From Candidatus Aminicenantes bacterium (lineage in GTDB: Bacteria; Acidobacteriota; Aminicenantia; Aminicenantales; Aminicenantaceae), in assembly GCA_011772495.1 (NCBI GenBank), contig WVZL01000003.1, forward strand, positions 370 to 64,369: a DNA stretch of 64,000 nt. The letters are read 5' to 3'. The notes below the pieces were generated by a model. The model was given only the letters and a program-made list of their open reading frames with translations. It made no database searches and was not told where the DNA came from. This document shows positions 18,864 to 29,779 of the stretch, one piece after another (position 1 is the stretch's first letter; every line of letters starts with the position of its first letter). The translations under genes and the position numbers were made by a program.

Positions 18864-20069
18864 ATGGACACCAAGGATTATGTTGTCTTGGAAGATTTAT
18901 ACGGCGCTCATAACTATCATCCTCTGGATGTTGTCATCTCGAAAGCTAAAGGAATTTGGGTTTGGGATGTAGAAGGTAATAAATATCTTGATTTCTTAAG
19001 CGCTTATTCGTCGGTTAACCAAGGACATTGCCATCCTCGAATCGTCAGAGCCCTGGTGAATCAAGCCAGGGAGGTGACCATTACTTCCCGTGCCTTTCGT
19101 AACGATCAATATCCTTTCCTGGCCAAGGAGCTCTGCGAGCTGACAGGTTATGAGATGGTACTGCCCATGAATTCTGGGGCGGAAGCCATGGAAACCGCCA
19201 TCAAGACAGTGAGGAAATGGGCTTACCAGAAGAAAGGCGTTCCCAAGGACAAAGCAGAAATCATTGTCTGTTCTGATAATTATCACGGCCGTACCATAAC
19301 TCTTATCAGCTTTTCTACCGAATCACTCTACAAGAAAAACTTTGGACCTCTTACTCCTGGATTCGTCGTGGTTCCCTACGGTGATCTCGAAGCTCTAGAA
19401 GCTGCCATCAATCCCAACACGGCCGCCTTCCTTGTCGAGCCCCTGCAGGCAGAATCTGGAATCAATGTCCCTCCAGAGGGATACCTGAAAGGAGCTAAAG
19501 AGATTTGTGAGAAGAATAAGGTCTTGTTCGTAGCCGATGAAATTCAAACTGGTCTAGGCCGCACCGGGAAACTTTTGGGTTGTGAACATGAAGGTGTTAA
19601 ACCGGATGTGCTAGCACTTGGTAAATCCTTGGGCGGGGGCTGTTATGCTATCTCAGCTGTTCTTTCCTCAAGAGAAATTCTGGGGCTTTTTCAGCCTCTT
19701 GAGCATGGTTCTACCTTTGGAGCCAATCCTTTAGCCTGTGCTGTGGCTCGGGAGGCACTTCGAGTCATAGTAGAGGAGAAATTGGTGGAGAATGCAGCAG
19801 AACAAGGGGAATATTTTTTGGAGAAACTCAATACAATTAGAAGCAAGCACATTAAAGAAGTCAGAGGAAAAGGCTTACTCATTGGCATAGAATTAAAGCC
19901 AGAAGCAGGTGGAGCCAGGCGCTTCTGTGAGAGATTGAAAGACGAGGGTTTGCTCTGCAAAGAAACTCATGAGAACGTCATCCGTTTTGCGCCTCCTTTA
20001 ATCATTAAACAGAAAGACCTCAGCTGGGCTTTCAAGCGAGTCAAACAAGTCTTCAAGGAGCTCGAATAA
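18864..20069 (+). CDS. rocD: ornithine aminotransferase (class III PLP aminotransferase)
   Basis: 401 aa. The N-terminal [46 protein letters not shown] block is characteristic of ornithine--oxo-acid transaminase. It also has [11 protein letters not shown]. Confidence 0.85.
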   Translation: MDTKDYVVLEDLYGAHNYHPLDVVISKAKGIWVWDVEGNKYLDFLSAYSSVNQGHCHPRIVRALVNQAREVTITSRAFRNDQYPFLAKELCELTGYEMVLPMNSGAEAMETAIKTVRKWAYQKKGVPKDKAEIIVCSDNYHGRTITLISFSTESLYKKNFGPLTPGFVVVPYGDLEALEAAINPNTAAFLVEPLQAESGINVPPEGYLKGAKEICEKNKVLFVADEIQTGLGRTGKLLGCEHEGVKPDVLALGKSLGGGCYAISAVLSSREILGLFQPLEHGSTFGANPLACAVAREALRVIVEEKLVENAAEQGEYFLEKLNTIRSKHIKEVRGKGLLIGIELKPEAGGARRFCERLKDEGLLCKETHENVIRFAPPLIIKQKDLSWAFKRVKQVFKELE

Positions 20070-20198
20070 CAAAAAGCAAATCTCAAAGCTCAAAGGTTAA
20101 AATAACTGTCGTAAGAAGTAAGAAGATAAAGAAAAATTATTTTGAATCCCGGAGCCTTTTTTTATGACTAATTCAAATGATTATGGGGAGGAGTTCCA

Positions 20199-21665
20199 AT
20201 GAAACCGAAATATAGATATCAGTGGTATCAAGAAATTTACAATAATATTCCTAAGGTCCATAAAGAGGCAAGAAACGCAGCCAAGGAAATTAAACTTGAT
20301 AAGTTGAAAAATGAAATCGGGCTGTATCCTGGAAGTTCTGCTTGTCCTGGTCCACTGCCAAAATACATACTCGAGGCCATCATAAAAGCAAACCAAGTCC
20401 CTGTTCTTCCGATGAGGGTGGTTGAGGACGAACTCAGAGAGGTGGTTAAGGATATATACGGAGATGATTATGATTCTGCGGTCGTTAATACCTGTGAAGC
20501 AGCATTGCGGGTCTGCTTTGAGATACTGTTTGCGCCGCCTACCATGCGGAAGGGTGATGCCTACCGAGCAAGATTTATCGCTCCCTATGGTGAAGACTAT
20601 GACTTTATGGCAGCCTACGGGAGGCCATTCCCTCCGAAATACAAGAACCTGTTTGTCGATCGGAGCACTTCCACAGGAGAACTAGGTGTGGAAGGAAAGA
20701 GTCTTAACAACCTTGACTCAGTTTTTGTCCGGCTTGCAGGAACCAAGTATGAGGTTCACGGGATAAAATTTAATCCAGTCCCTCTGATGACCAGAACAGA
20801 TGCCAAAAAATCTATCGAAAAAATTGCCGAGGCTGCAGCTCGACATGCCGAAAGTCTGGCAGGTTTTGAAAGCATTGGCTACGACACGCCTGGCTACGGG
20901 TACGGCGAAAAAGATGAGAAGGGGATCCCTGTCCTCAAGAAATTGATAGGAAAACTCGCAGGGCAATATGATGTTCCTTACCTGGTGGACAGTGCAAGTT
21001 GCCTCCCTGTTATCGGCCAATCCCCTCAAGATATTGGCGCTGACATCATGGTGTTCAGCATGGATAAGGCGGGCCGCGCCCCTATCAGCGGCCTCATTCT
21101 GGGAAAAGAGGAGAGTATGGTTCCTATTCGAAAAGGTTTAGGATTGGGAGGGCAGAGATACGGTGAAGTTTCTTCCCACGGGAAGGGGCTATTTTCTCTT
21201 TGTGATCCAGGTAGAGATTCAGTGGTCGGATTAACAGCATTCTTGAAAACTCTGCGCGACGACCCTGGTAAGATTAAGAGACCTATCGACAAATATCACC
21301 AAATTATCCTCGAAGAATTCCAATCTTTCAAACCGAGCAAGTTCAGGGATAAGCTCATCATCGAAAAATCCTACATGATGGGGGGGACTGAACTCAATTA
21401 TGAGCAGACCTGGGATGGTGGTGATTTCGGAATACCTATTTTCACCCTCGAGGACCTCATGGCCAATACCAATCCCATGATCTCTGCTCAGGAAGAAATG
21501 GGGATTTATCCAGCCACTATATACAGCGGGAACATTTTCCTGGGCCCGGGTTTGGGAACCCTGGATGAAAACGCAGAGTTGAATGAAGAACATGCCCGGC
21601 TCGGCATTAAAGCCCTTGTCAAGTCAATTGAAATCGTATGCAAATATGCAGGACTGGGAGACTAA
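20199..21665 (+). CDS. uncharacterised protein, probable fold-type I PLP enzyme (SelA/DgaE-like lysine motif)
   Basis: 488-aa ORF with a GGGGAGGAG SD. YLVDSAS ... MVFSMDKAGRAPISGLILG resembles the Asp ... S-x-D-K-x-x-G-x-P pattern of SelA-like enzymes. I recognise no family beyond that. Confidence 0.45.
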   Translation: MKPKYRYQWYQEIYNNIPKVHKEARNAAKEIKLDKLKNEIGLYPGSSACPGPLPKYILEAIIKANQVPVLPMRVVEDELREVVKDIYGDDYDSAVVNTCEAALRVCFEILFAPPTMRKGDAYRARFIAPYGEDYDFMAAYGRPFPPKYKNLFVDRSTSTGELGVEGKSLNNLDSVFVRLAGTKYEVHGIKFNPVPLMTRTDAKKSIEKIAEAAARHAESLAGFESIGYDTPGYGYGEKDEKGIPVLKKLIGKLAGQYDVPYLVDSASCLPVIGQSPQDIGADIMVFSMDKAGRAPISGLILGKEESMVPIRKGLGLGGQRYGEVSSHGKGLFSLCDPGRDSVVGLTAFLKTLRDDPGKIKRPIDKYHQIILEEFQSFKPSKFRDKLIIEKSYMMGGTELNYEQTWDGGDFGIPIFTLEDLMANTNPMISAQEEMGIYPATIYSGNIFLGPGLGTLDENAELNEEHARLGIKALVKSIEIVCKYAGLGD

Positions 21666-21767
21666 CGCCTTCTTCTTTTTTTTAAACTCCAGACAATCGG
21701 TTTTCTATGAAAAAAATCCTTTACAATGGGGAAAACTGCCCTAAAGCTAACCTGATTTTCGCTTATG

Positions 21768-24362
21768 TTAATTGATCTCTGGATACAGCAGTGCGTTGAG
21801 CAGGAATTTGTATGTTCCATGAGATTGGGCTCGATGCTGGCAACGGAACCCGATTAGTACGATATGTCCCTTCTTGTACTCGAGGTCGACGACTGCTGCT
21901 TTACGGGCAATCACATCTTCACCCAGGAGCCAGCCGCTCAAAAGGATATTTTCTTTGGGGTAACTGGCCACTACTTTTCTGTCCCAATCCCCGGAAGGAA
22001 TCCATGTTCTCAGGGCAAGGCTCCGAGAGAACATGGCTGCAGCCTCTTTCGGCATTCCAAATCCTATCGGAGATTTATTATCGACTTTAATTTTTAAAAT
22101 AGATCCAGGACAGAGAAATTTACTACGGTCAACTCTTTCCAGAGCGTTTCCGGCGGGTGCCTGGAATTCTTTAAACACGAGACCGCAGGCATTGTTGAGG
22201 GTAACGAGAATGCCTCCTTGCTCGACAAAAGTCTTTATGGCTTCGACTCCTTCCTTCCCGATCCCACCTTCGTATTCAGGGGGAATGTCCGTGTAATACC
22301 TGGCATATCGTGAGCCAGGACTGGGTTTTCCTGTTTTAATAATATCCACGTTTTCGCTGGCGAACACGATCACATTGTACTTAGAGTTCAAGTCGACTTT
22401 CTTTTTCTTGGTTCCCTTAAAATCCTTGTTGTGAAGGGTGGTGAAGGGAATTCCTAGGTCATCAAGGACATACCGTGTCCAGCCTTCATCCATGTTGGGT
22501 CGCCAAGACTGATAAAGTCCCACCCTATGCTTTTTTAATGGTGCTCTAGGGATACCATTGATCTCCTCAAGCCTGTACACCTTAACAGGCCATTTTTCTA
22601 GAAGACCAGGAAGGATTTCTTGGACCTGAGGGGTGTTTTTTATGAGGAAACTTCCCGCAGCCACGGTCAGTTCATTTTTTTTGATGGCGTCTTTAGAACG
22701 GAAGATTTCAGCCTTTTCTTTAATGAGCTGGAAAACGACTGCATAAGAGTTATTAAGCCGGGAATCGAGCGCAATGAATGAACCGGTGCTTTGAGGCAGA
22801 GTTACAGAGGGATAAGGAACTTTTTTCAGCTTCACGAGATTCGCTTTGAAGGGATTATGGATTTGATCGCATTGAACTCCCATTTGCAAGGGAAACGTCC
22901 ATCCAGCCGTGTCATAGGGTGGAATAGGGGGACCGCCGGGGTAGAGCCGCATATCAGGATACTTTTGTTTCTCGAGCAGATTTTGGACATAGGGTCTGTA
23001 GGGCTGAGACATCAAGACCACGAAAGAACCAGCCGAATAAGGTTTTCCGTCAGCCACGAAATCTTCCCTGGCTTGATGGATCTCGGCACCACCTAGCATC
23101 AAGATATCCAGCATCCGGAGCGCGGTGGAGTAATCGTGTTGTGTCTTTGGAATGACAAAGGCGAAAGGCTGTCCCTCCTCCCTTTTTTCTATGAAATCGC
23201 TGCACATCTTATAAAAGCTGTAAAGAAAGTCTTCCTTGTGCAGAAAGGCTGTTTTAACCAGACTCAGAGAAAACAAAAGCTCATACTCCACGATATCTCT
23301 CAGTCTCCACCAGCCCCCAGGCCAGGGATCAGGGAATTGCATGCGTTTTTCGATGTTTGATTTGGGAAGTTCTGTGGGGTCGATGTAGACAGGACTGGCC
23401 ATATTGACTGAGGCCATCTCGCTGAGGAGGCAAATCGTGTTGTGAAGCCAGCCAGTATTATCGCAGGCACCATCCCACCAGCCAGTGTACTCTCTCCCGT
23501 GAACAATCCCTTGAAAATCATTCTTCTGAAGATCGTAAATCATGTTCATTCCACAAAGAGCTACTCCTCGCCAGAGAAGAGGATGGACATTGGGATTAGG
23601 AGGATCCATGAACGGCGGGATGAAGAGGCGTGCGTCTGTCTCGCCCATTTGGTGTTCATCGATATGGATTTGAGGAATCCATTCATGATACAGAGCCTTG
23701 GTTACAGCTTTTGTTTCGGCGAGATTTAACATGAACCAATCTCGGTTGTTGTCATGACCGGCATAGTGGTGATAGAGCCAGGGCATTCGACCGCCCTCAT
23801 ATTTGGTGCCGACATATTTTCTGTACCAATCGGTCACCATTTGATGACCATCCGGATTAGTGGTGGGCATCAGGAGAACAATAACCTCTTTCAGCACTCT
23901 ATCCGCCTCAAAGGGAGTTTGTCCGGTTATTAATTTATAGGCAAACTCAAGAGCCATCTGCGATGCTCCAATTTCTGAAGAATGCAGACTGCAAGTAATC
24001 ATAACAATAACCTTACCTTCACGAGAAAGTTTTTTGGCTTCTTCAGTGGTCAATCCGCGAGCATCTCGCAGTTTTTTTGAGATTTCCTTATAAGTATCGA
24101 GTTTAGCCATGTTTTCTTCGGAAGTGATTACGGCCATGATCAGGGGTTTACCCAAAGTGGTGTTACCGATTGTCAATACCTTGATTTTATCTGATTCTAG
24201 GTCGAGTTTCTCAAAGTAGGCCAGAATCTGGTCATAATCCACCAGCTTCCGGTCAGCGCCGACTTTATGGCCCAAGAATTCTTCAGGAGAAGTCTGGCCA
24301 ACGAGATTCAAAGACAATATGAATAAAAGAAAGATGACAGAGGATAAAATTTTTTTCCTCAT
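21768..24362 (-). CDS. exported M14 family zinc carboxypeptidase (long form with C-terminal extra domains)
   Basis: 864 aa with a signal peptide, the HSSE (HxxE) zinc motif, NPDGH and a later His. It has an AAGGAGG SD. Confidence 0.8.
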   Translation of the reverse strand: MRKKILSSVIFLLFILSLNLVGQTSPEEFLGHKVGADRKLVDYDQILAYFEKLDLESDKIKVLTIGNTTLGKPLIMAVITSEENMAKLDTYKEISKKLRDARGLTTEEAKKLSREGKVIVMITCSLHSSEIGASQMALEFAYKLITGQTPFEADRVLKEVIVLLMPTTNPDGHQMVTDWYRKYVGTKYEGGRMPWLYHHYAGHDNNRDWFMLNLAETKAVTKALYHEWIPQIHIDEHQMGETDARLFIPPFMDPPNPNVHPLLWRGVALCGMNMIYDLQKNDFQGIVHGREYTGWWDGACDNTGWLHNTICLLSEMASVNMASPVYIDPTELPKSNIEKRMQFPDPWPGGWWRLRDIVEYELLFSLSLVKTAFLHKEDFLYSFYKMCSDFIEKREEGQPFAFVIPKTQHDYSTALRMLDILMLGGAEIHQAREDFVADGKPYSAGSFVVLMSQPYRPYVQNLLEKQKYPDMRLYPGGPPIPPYDTAGWTFPLQMGVQCDQIHNPFKANLVKLKKVPYPSVTLPQSTGSFIALDSRLNNSYAVVFQLIKEKAEIFRSKDAIKKNELTVAAGSFLIKNTPQVQEILPGLLEKWPVKVYRLEEINGIPRAPLKKHRVGLYQSWRPNMDEGWTRYVLDDLGIPFTTLHNKDFKGTKKKKVDLNSKYNVIVFASENVDIIKTGKPSPGSRYARYYTDIPPEYEGGIGKEGVEAIKTFVEQGGILVTLNNACGLVFKEFQAPAGNALERVDRSKFLCPGSILKIKVDNKSPIGFGMPKEAAAMFSRSLALRTWIPSGDWDRKVVASYPKENILLSGWLLGEDVIARKAAVVDLEYKKGHIVLIGFRCQHRAQSHGTYKFLLNALLYPEIN

Positions 24363-24469
24363 CGAAACCTCCTTGGTTAACCTGGATTATTCAAAAAAAC
24401 TGCAATCTCGACTCGTGAACCGTTCTTGTTAATCAGATTAATTTTGATTTGAGTATCAACCAGTCGCTA

Positions 24470-25924
24470 CTACCTTAACTTTTGAAACTTTATATTCTTA
24501 ACGCGTCCTGCTTGAAGCACAAAACCAGTAATTCTTTTGTCTTTATCTCTTGTAAAATGCAGATTACGCCAACGCCAGCCAAAGGTCTCAGTAGAATATG
24601 GCGTTAGGATGCTCGAAGTTTCCCGAAGTTCCAAAATCAAATCATTGTTTTTGACTTCAAACGTGTAGGTGATATCAAGCTCCTCGCTGTAATATTTCCC
24701 GATGTATTCCTGCAATTGCGAAGAAGAAAGCGTGGTGGGCTCGGGCCTCTCTTCAGGAGAACGTCTCCTCCGTCTCGGAGCCGGGGGCTCAGTGAATTGA
24801 TCTTCCAGGTACAAATCTGCAATTTTTCTGGCGATTCTTCCTGTGTCAAAAGTGCTCAAGTTTGACAGGATCACTACAGAAAATCGCTGGTCAGGAAAGT
24901 GCATATATTGAGCCTGGTAACCCACAGCAGATCCCCCATGACTTATGGTCCTTAACCCGCCATATTGACTTATGTTCAGCCCAAGAGCGTAGGGGATTTC
25001 TTCTCCGTTTTTAAGTTTCCCCAGAGTTAACATCACATCGATCAGGCTTTGAGTGCCCTTTCCCAATTTGTTGTCATAGAAATTCTGATCCCATTTAAGG
25101 AAATCTTCTATCGAGGTAAAGACTCCCAAATCGCCTATTACTTTAAGCCGGAGTATATCTAGCCTGAATCCGCCCTCTTTTTTGGGAGAATAACCATAGG
25201 CTCTGTTTTTCACTATCATGTTTGGGTCGTCGTGAAAATGAGTGTTTTTCATGCCGAGGGGATCAAATACGTATTTCTTTGCAAAAGCACTCGTTTTTAT
25301 TCCACTCACTCGGCTGATAATTTCTGAAAGCAAAAAATACCCCGAATTTGAGTAGGAATACTTCTCTCCGGGCTTAAAATTGAGTTCTTTCTGCCGTGAG
25401 AGCGTTTTAACAAGTTCGTTGGGCGTATAAACATAACCGCTTCCTTCTGGTTTCCCCATCAATTCCACCAGAGTCAAATATTCACGCACACCGCTGGTAT
25501 GATGCAGTAAGTGTTTGAGTGTGATCGTCCCATCATACACAGGCCAATCTGGCAGATGTTTTCGGATGTCATCATCCAAAGAGAGTTTTCCCTGTTCGGC
25601 AAGTATAGCAATACACATGGCAATGAACTGCTTGGAAATAGAACCGGTGCGTGACACAGTCTGCGGAGTCCAAGGAATAGCATACTCAAGACTAGCTATG
25701 CCGTAGCCGCGAGCGTAGATAATTCTTCCATCCTTAAAAATCCCGAGGGCGGCTCCTGGTGAATCATTCCTGTTCCATTCTTTAAACATTTCATCTACTT
25801 TATCTGTAAGATCAGTGTGCGTGTAGGCTTGAATACAGACAGCTTTCTGGGCAGCAACTCCAAAGATAAGTGCAATTGACAAACAGAATACGAGCCTTAC
25901 GAATAATTTTTGTTTGTTATCCAT
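24470..25924 (-). CDS. exported serine hydrolase (beta-lactamase fold, D-aminopeptidase/esterase-like) with C-terminal lipocalin-like domain
   Basis: 484 aa with a signal peptide, the SISK (SxxK) motif, YSNSGY (YxN) and a Pro/Arg-rich linker before the C-domain. Confidence 0.8.
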   Translation of the reverse strand: MDNKQKLFVRLVFCLSIALIFGVAAQKAVCIQAYTHTDLTDKVDEMFKEWNRNDSPGAALGIFKDGRIIYARGYGIASLEYAIPWTPQTVSRTGSISKQFIAMCIAILAEQGKLSLDDDIRKHLPDWPVYDGTITLKHLLHHTSGVREYLTLVELMGKPEGSGYVYTPNELVKTLSRQKELNFKPGEKYSYSNSGYFLLSEIISRVSGIKTSAFAKKYVFDPLGMKNTHFHDDPNMIVKNRAYGYSPKKEGGFRLDILRLKVIGDLGVFTSIEDFLKWDQNFYDNKLGKGTQSLIDVMLTLGKLKNGEEIPYALGLNISQYGGLRTISHGGSAVGYQAQYMHFPDQRFSVVILSNLSTFDTGRIARKIADLYLEDQFTEPPAPRRRRRSPEERPEPTTLSSSQLQEYIGKYYSEELDITYTFEVKNNDLILELRETSSILTPYSTETFGWRWRNLHFTRDKDKRITGFVLQAGRVKNIKFQKLR

Positions 25925-25942
25925 GATTCCTCTCCAGATATT

Positions 25943-27943
25943 TTATTCTTTCCGTTCCCAGGGCTTCCATTCTATTCCGAGGATGTATTTCTGCATCCAT
26001 CTAATCTCTTCAATGTCGCGTCTTCGCTGATGTCGAGGCTCACGGAATCCGTGCGGCTCTCGAGGAAAATTGATGTACCGGACTGGAGCCTTGCCGATTT
26101 CCCTGAGCGCATGGAAGAACATCATGGCCTGATTGGGAGTACTCACTAAATCTTTGGAACCGTGGAGCAAAAGGGTAGGTGTGGTCACATTCTTAACATA
26201 CCAGAGAGATGAAACCTTACGCCATTCCTCAGGGTTTATCCAATGGGCTCCACCAATGTAATGAAGCTTGAGGTCCCAGCTGAGGCCTGGCCCTGACTCT
26301 GCTGTCCAGCTTCCGACCATAGCCCCTAATGAGGCCGCCTTAAAGCGGTCTGTCTGGGTGATGACCCAGCTCCCAAGGATTCCGCCCCAGCTCCAGCCAC
26401 GCACACCTAGCTGATCAGAGTCCACGATGCCTTTCTCAATCAGGTAGTCAACTCCGGTCATAATATCATCGAATTCGCCACCTCCCACATCTCCTTGCAA
26501 CGCCCACAGAAGATCATCGCCGTAGCTGTCACTGCCGCGAATGTTAGGGCCGAGCGAAGCATACCCCAGCCCAGCGAAGATATGAAACACGGCTCTGAAG
26601 CGGTTAGCAAAATGCCCTGGTGGACCTCCGTGAATAGTCACTATAAGAGGAAGCTTTTTTCCTTCCTGGGAATTCCTCGGAACATAGAGAACTCCCTCGA
26701 TCTCCGTACCGTCTTTGCTTTTCCAGTGGATGATGTCAGCCTTGGCGAACTGGAGTTCTTTTTCGATCCATGGGTTGGCGTTAGTAAGGCGGATAGGTTT
26801 TAAATTGCCCACTGAAGTGACATACAGATCAGGGGGAGTGTCAAAATCACTGAAAGAATAGACCATCCTGGTCCTGTCTTTGGAGAAAGCGAGAGCCCGG
26901 AGAGTACCCTTGACTTTCGTGACCTCAGTGATTTTCCCTGTCGCGATGTCAAGCCGATAGAGATTGAGGTCAGTTCGGCGCGTTTCGCTGAAAAGCAGGC
27001 TCTTCCCGTCCGGCATCCAGCTCAGGCCATAGATTCCGCCTTGGCTCGGTTCTTTAAACTTTCGCTTTTCACCTGTATCCGGGTTCATTAACCATAGGAA
27101 ACCGTGAGTCAGATCGAAATCCCGGTCAGATGGGGAATGGTAGACAAAAGTCCTTCCGTCGGGGGCCCAATGGACATTACCCTCTGGAGCCTTGTTTTTG
27201 GTGAGGCGGACTGGCTTTGGGTCGTTCAGGTCAAGTAAATAGAGTTCGGATAAGTGGAAATAATTATCGTCCTCTAGCGGCGCTGCCGTGAATACGACAC
27301 GCTTTCCATCCGGAGAAACATCGAACTCGTTGATGATAAATTTCTCGTCTGTTAGTCGTTTCTCCTCCTTGGATGAAAGGTCGAAAATCCAGAGATTGCG
27401 CCAACGGGCTTCTTCTCTCCCGTTCGGTCCTTCAAAGACAAAGACTGCATCGTCTCCCAAATCATATTCCTTCTGCTCCTTTTTGCTCCGTGGCTCTTCA
27501 GCCGAAAAAAATATCCGACGTGCGTCCTCAGACCATTTATAAGAATCGACGCTGTTTTGGTGACGCGTGAGTTGAAAAGCTTCGCCTCCGCTGAGAGGCA
27601 TGATGAATATCTGGCTATTCTTATCGACTGTCCGCTTAAAGGAGAGATATTTCCCATCAGGTGAAAATTGGAATGAACTGCCCCCTGCCTCGCCAATATA
27701 CTGCCAGGCTTCACCGCCACTGGCGGGAATCATGAAGTGTTTCATTATTCTCTTGTTCTTTCCCCAACCCAGTTCCGATTTTGAGAAGAATACCCACTTC
27801 CCATCTGGGGACATACGCACGTTTCTTAGACGAACCATGTTCAAGGCGTCATCAACAGTCATAGGACGACGATTTTCATCCTGAGCGAAAATAGTGCCAA
27901 GACAGAAAATAAAAAGAACCGCGCTTAAAACTACTTTTTTCAA
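25943..27943 (-). CDS. exported S9 family peptidase (beta-propeller + prolyl oligopeptidase/acylaminoacyl-peptidase catalytic domain)
   Basis: 666 aa with a TTG start 5 nt after AAGGAGG and a signal peptide. It has repeated PDGK propeller blades, the GWSWGG nucleophile elbow and a C-terminal D...H (EPHGF). Confidence 0.85.
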   Translation of the reverse strand: MKKVVLSAVLFIFCLGTIFAQDENRRPMTVDDALNMVRLRNVRMSPDGKWVFFSKSELGWGKNKRIMKHFMIPASGGEAWQYIGEAGGSSFQFSPDGKYLSFKRTVDKNSQIFIMPLSGGEAFQLTRHQNSVDSYKWSEDARRIFFSAEEPRSKKEQKEYDLGDDAVFVFEGPNGREEARWRNLWIFDLSSKEEKRLTDEKFIINEFDVSPDGKRVVFTAAPLEDDNYFHLSELYLLDLNDPKPVRLTKNKAPEGNVHWAPDGRTFVYHSPSDRDFDLTHGFLWLMNPDTGEKRKFKEPSQGGIYGLSWMPDGKSLLFSETRRTDLNLYRLDIATGKITEVTKVKGTLRALAFSKDRTRMVYSFSDFDTPPDLYVTSVGNLKPIRLTNANPWIEKELQFAKADIIHWKSKDGTEIEGVLYVPRNSQEGKKLPLIVTIHGGPPGHFANRFRAVFHIFAGLGYASLGPNIRGSDSYGDDLLWALQGDVGGGEFDDIMTGVDYLIEKGIVDSDQLGVRGWSWGGILGSWVITQTDRFKAASLGAMVGSWTAESGPGLSWDLKLHYIGGAHWINPEEWRKVSSLWYVKNVTTPTLLLHGSKDLVSTPNQAMMFFHALREIGKAPVRYINFPREPHGFREPRHQRRRDIEEIRWMQKYILGIEWKPWERKE

Positions 27944-27993
27944 AGAAACCTCCTTTAGGATTATCGGATTAATTTTTTGTGATTATATTAATT

Positions 27994-29715
27994 TTATTTA
28001 TTTTCAGTTAATAGGAGTAGTTTGCCGTTTAGAGTCCCATTATATTCACCATTTTCTATGTTCATCTTTCCATTAACTATCACGTATTCAGTCCCAGTGC
28101 TGTACTGGCGCGCATCAGAGTGCGTGGCGTTGTCCCTGACAGTTTCAGGATCGAAGATCACTACATCCGCTTTGTAATTTTCTTTAATAAGTCCTCTATT
28201 TTTTAGGCGGAGGAAAGAGGCTGGAAGACCTGACATCTTGTAAACGGCATTCTCTAGTGTCAATACCTTCTCTTCTCGAACATATTTACGGAGGACTCTG
28301 GCTTGACTGCTAAAAGCGCGGGGATGACCATGTTTTGCTTCTTCGTCCGTCTTCAGGATGGGGAAGGCATCTCCATCGCTGGAAAACATCAACCAGTCTT
28401 GTTTCATGGCAAGTTTCATATCTTCCTCTGACATGACTCCACAGGCAACGTACAGGTCAGGTTCATCAATAACTAAATCTGCAGCCAGATCGAATGGGTC
28501 CTTTTTTTGTTCCTCTGCTATGTCTGAAAGAATTTTTCCAATCAAATGCGTATTTTTCTTGGCCACTGTAACCAAATAACTATCCCAACCCGCTAAGGCT
28601 ACAGAGCTTGGCTTATGAGGTTCACCCACAAGTACCGATTTCCTGATCTGCTCCCGTTTTGATTTATCAGCGAGGGCCTTTGCCAGCTCGTCCACATACT
28701 GCTCCTTCAATTTCTCCCTCTCCGAATCTTGTAAATCTCGAGCCCTCATCTTCTTTCTGAGCTCTGCGAATGGTTCCATGTTTTCCGGAAGATGAAAAGG
28801 GGCCCAGCCAGCATTCCTGACAGTAGGTAGAATGCGTCCTCCTGAGGCATAATGATAGGGGTACATATCCGCAGTCATGTCCACTCCTCTGGACCTTGCT
28901 TCATTTATCAGGCTTACCACCTCTTTCATCGTCCCCCAGTAATTTTTTCTGCATGCCTTTAAATGAGAGGTATTAACTCGGACTCCGGCTTCTTCAGCGA
29001 TTCGAATTGTCTCTTTGGTGGCTTCAGGAACACGGTCAAACTCATTGCGTTGATGACTGGCATAAACTCCTCCAAACTCGCCCACAACTTTTGCAACTTC
29101 GATAATTTCTTCAGTACTCGAGTAGCGGTCAGGGATATACTCCAGACCTGTGCTCATACCCCATGCCCCTTCCTTCATTGCCTGTCGAACGATCGATTGT
29201 ATCTTCTCTAATTCTTCGGGTGTGGGATCGCGCGGCTCTACACCCATGACTTCTTTCCGGACCGTTCCGAATCCAACCAGATGAACCGCATTTGTTCCGA
29301 TGCCTTGTTTTTCCCATTTGGCTTTGATCTCAGCAACCCTGAATGTCCCATCACCACAGTTACCTGTAACCACAGTTGTTGTTCCCTGGATTAGATAGTT
29401 CAGGTTTGCCTTGGATGCAGGTTCGCCTAATCCTCCATCGCAGTGAGTGTGCATGTCTATAAACCCGGGCGCCACAACCAATCCCTGAGCATCGATTGTT
29501 TGGGTGGCGGTTTTTCCTGAAAGGTCACCCACTGCTACAATGGTATCTCCCTTTATTCCAAGGTCCGCCACAGAACCAGGATCTCCGGTTCCGTCAATGA
29601 TTCTGCCGTTGGTTATGAGGATGTCATACTCAACTTCAACACGATTGCAGCTTGAAATGAACGAAAATGTCGCTATTAGAAAACAACAAGAGATCAAATG
29701 AAAATGCTTGCTCAT
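27994..29715 (-). CDS. D-aminoacylase-type amidohydrolase (N-acyl-D-amino-acid deacylase family), probable lipoprotein
   Basis: 573 aa. It has DILITNGRIIDGTGDP...GFIDMHTHCD (metal-binding HxH) and a hydrophobic leader ending in ISSC. It has a GGAGGA SD. Confidence 0.8.
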   Translation of the reverse strand: MSKHFHLISCCFLIATFSFISSCNRVEVEYDILITNGRIIDGTGDPGSVADLGIKGDTIVAVGDLSGKTATQTIDAQGLVVAPGFIDMHTHCDGGLGEPASKANLNYLIQGTTTVVTGNCGDGTFRVAEIKAKWEKQGIGTNAVHLVGFGTVRKEVMGVEPRDPTPEELEKIQSIVRQAMKEGAWGMSTGLEYIPDRYSSTEEIIEVAKVVGEFGGVYASHQRNEFDRVPEATKETIRIAEEAGVRVNTSHLKACRKNYWGTMKEVVSLINEARSRGVDMTADMYPYHYASGGRILPTVRNAGWAPFHLPENMEPFAELRKKMRARDLQDSEREKLKEQYVDELAKALADKSKREQIRKSVLVGEPHKPSSVALAGWDSYLVTVAKKNTHLIGKILSDIAEEQKKDPFDLAADLVIDEPDLYVACGVMSEEDMKLAMKQDWLMFSSDGDAFPILKTDEEAKHGHPRAFSSQARVLRKYVREEKVLTLENAVYKMSGLPASFLRLKNRGLIKENYKADVVIFDPETVRDNATHSDARQYSTGTEYVIVNGKMNIENGEYNGTLNGKLLLLTENK

Positions 29716-29779
29716 GTCTTTTTTTCCTCCTTTATTAGTGGAATTTTCTTCCTGAGGATGTATTGACTATTTCTATTTA

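Noticed and set aside
27885-27899. Minus-strand TGGCAC-TATTT-TCGC, a sigma-54-like motif.
   Set aside because: The -12 element is TCGC rather than TTGC. The motif also lies inside the signal-peptide codons of the S9 peptidase gene, where a promoter would serve no downstream start.
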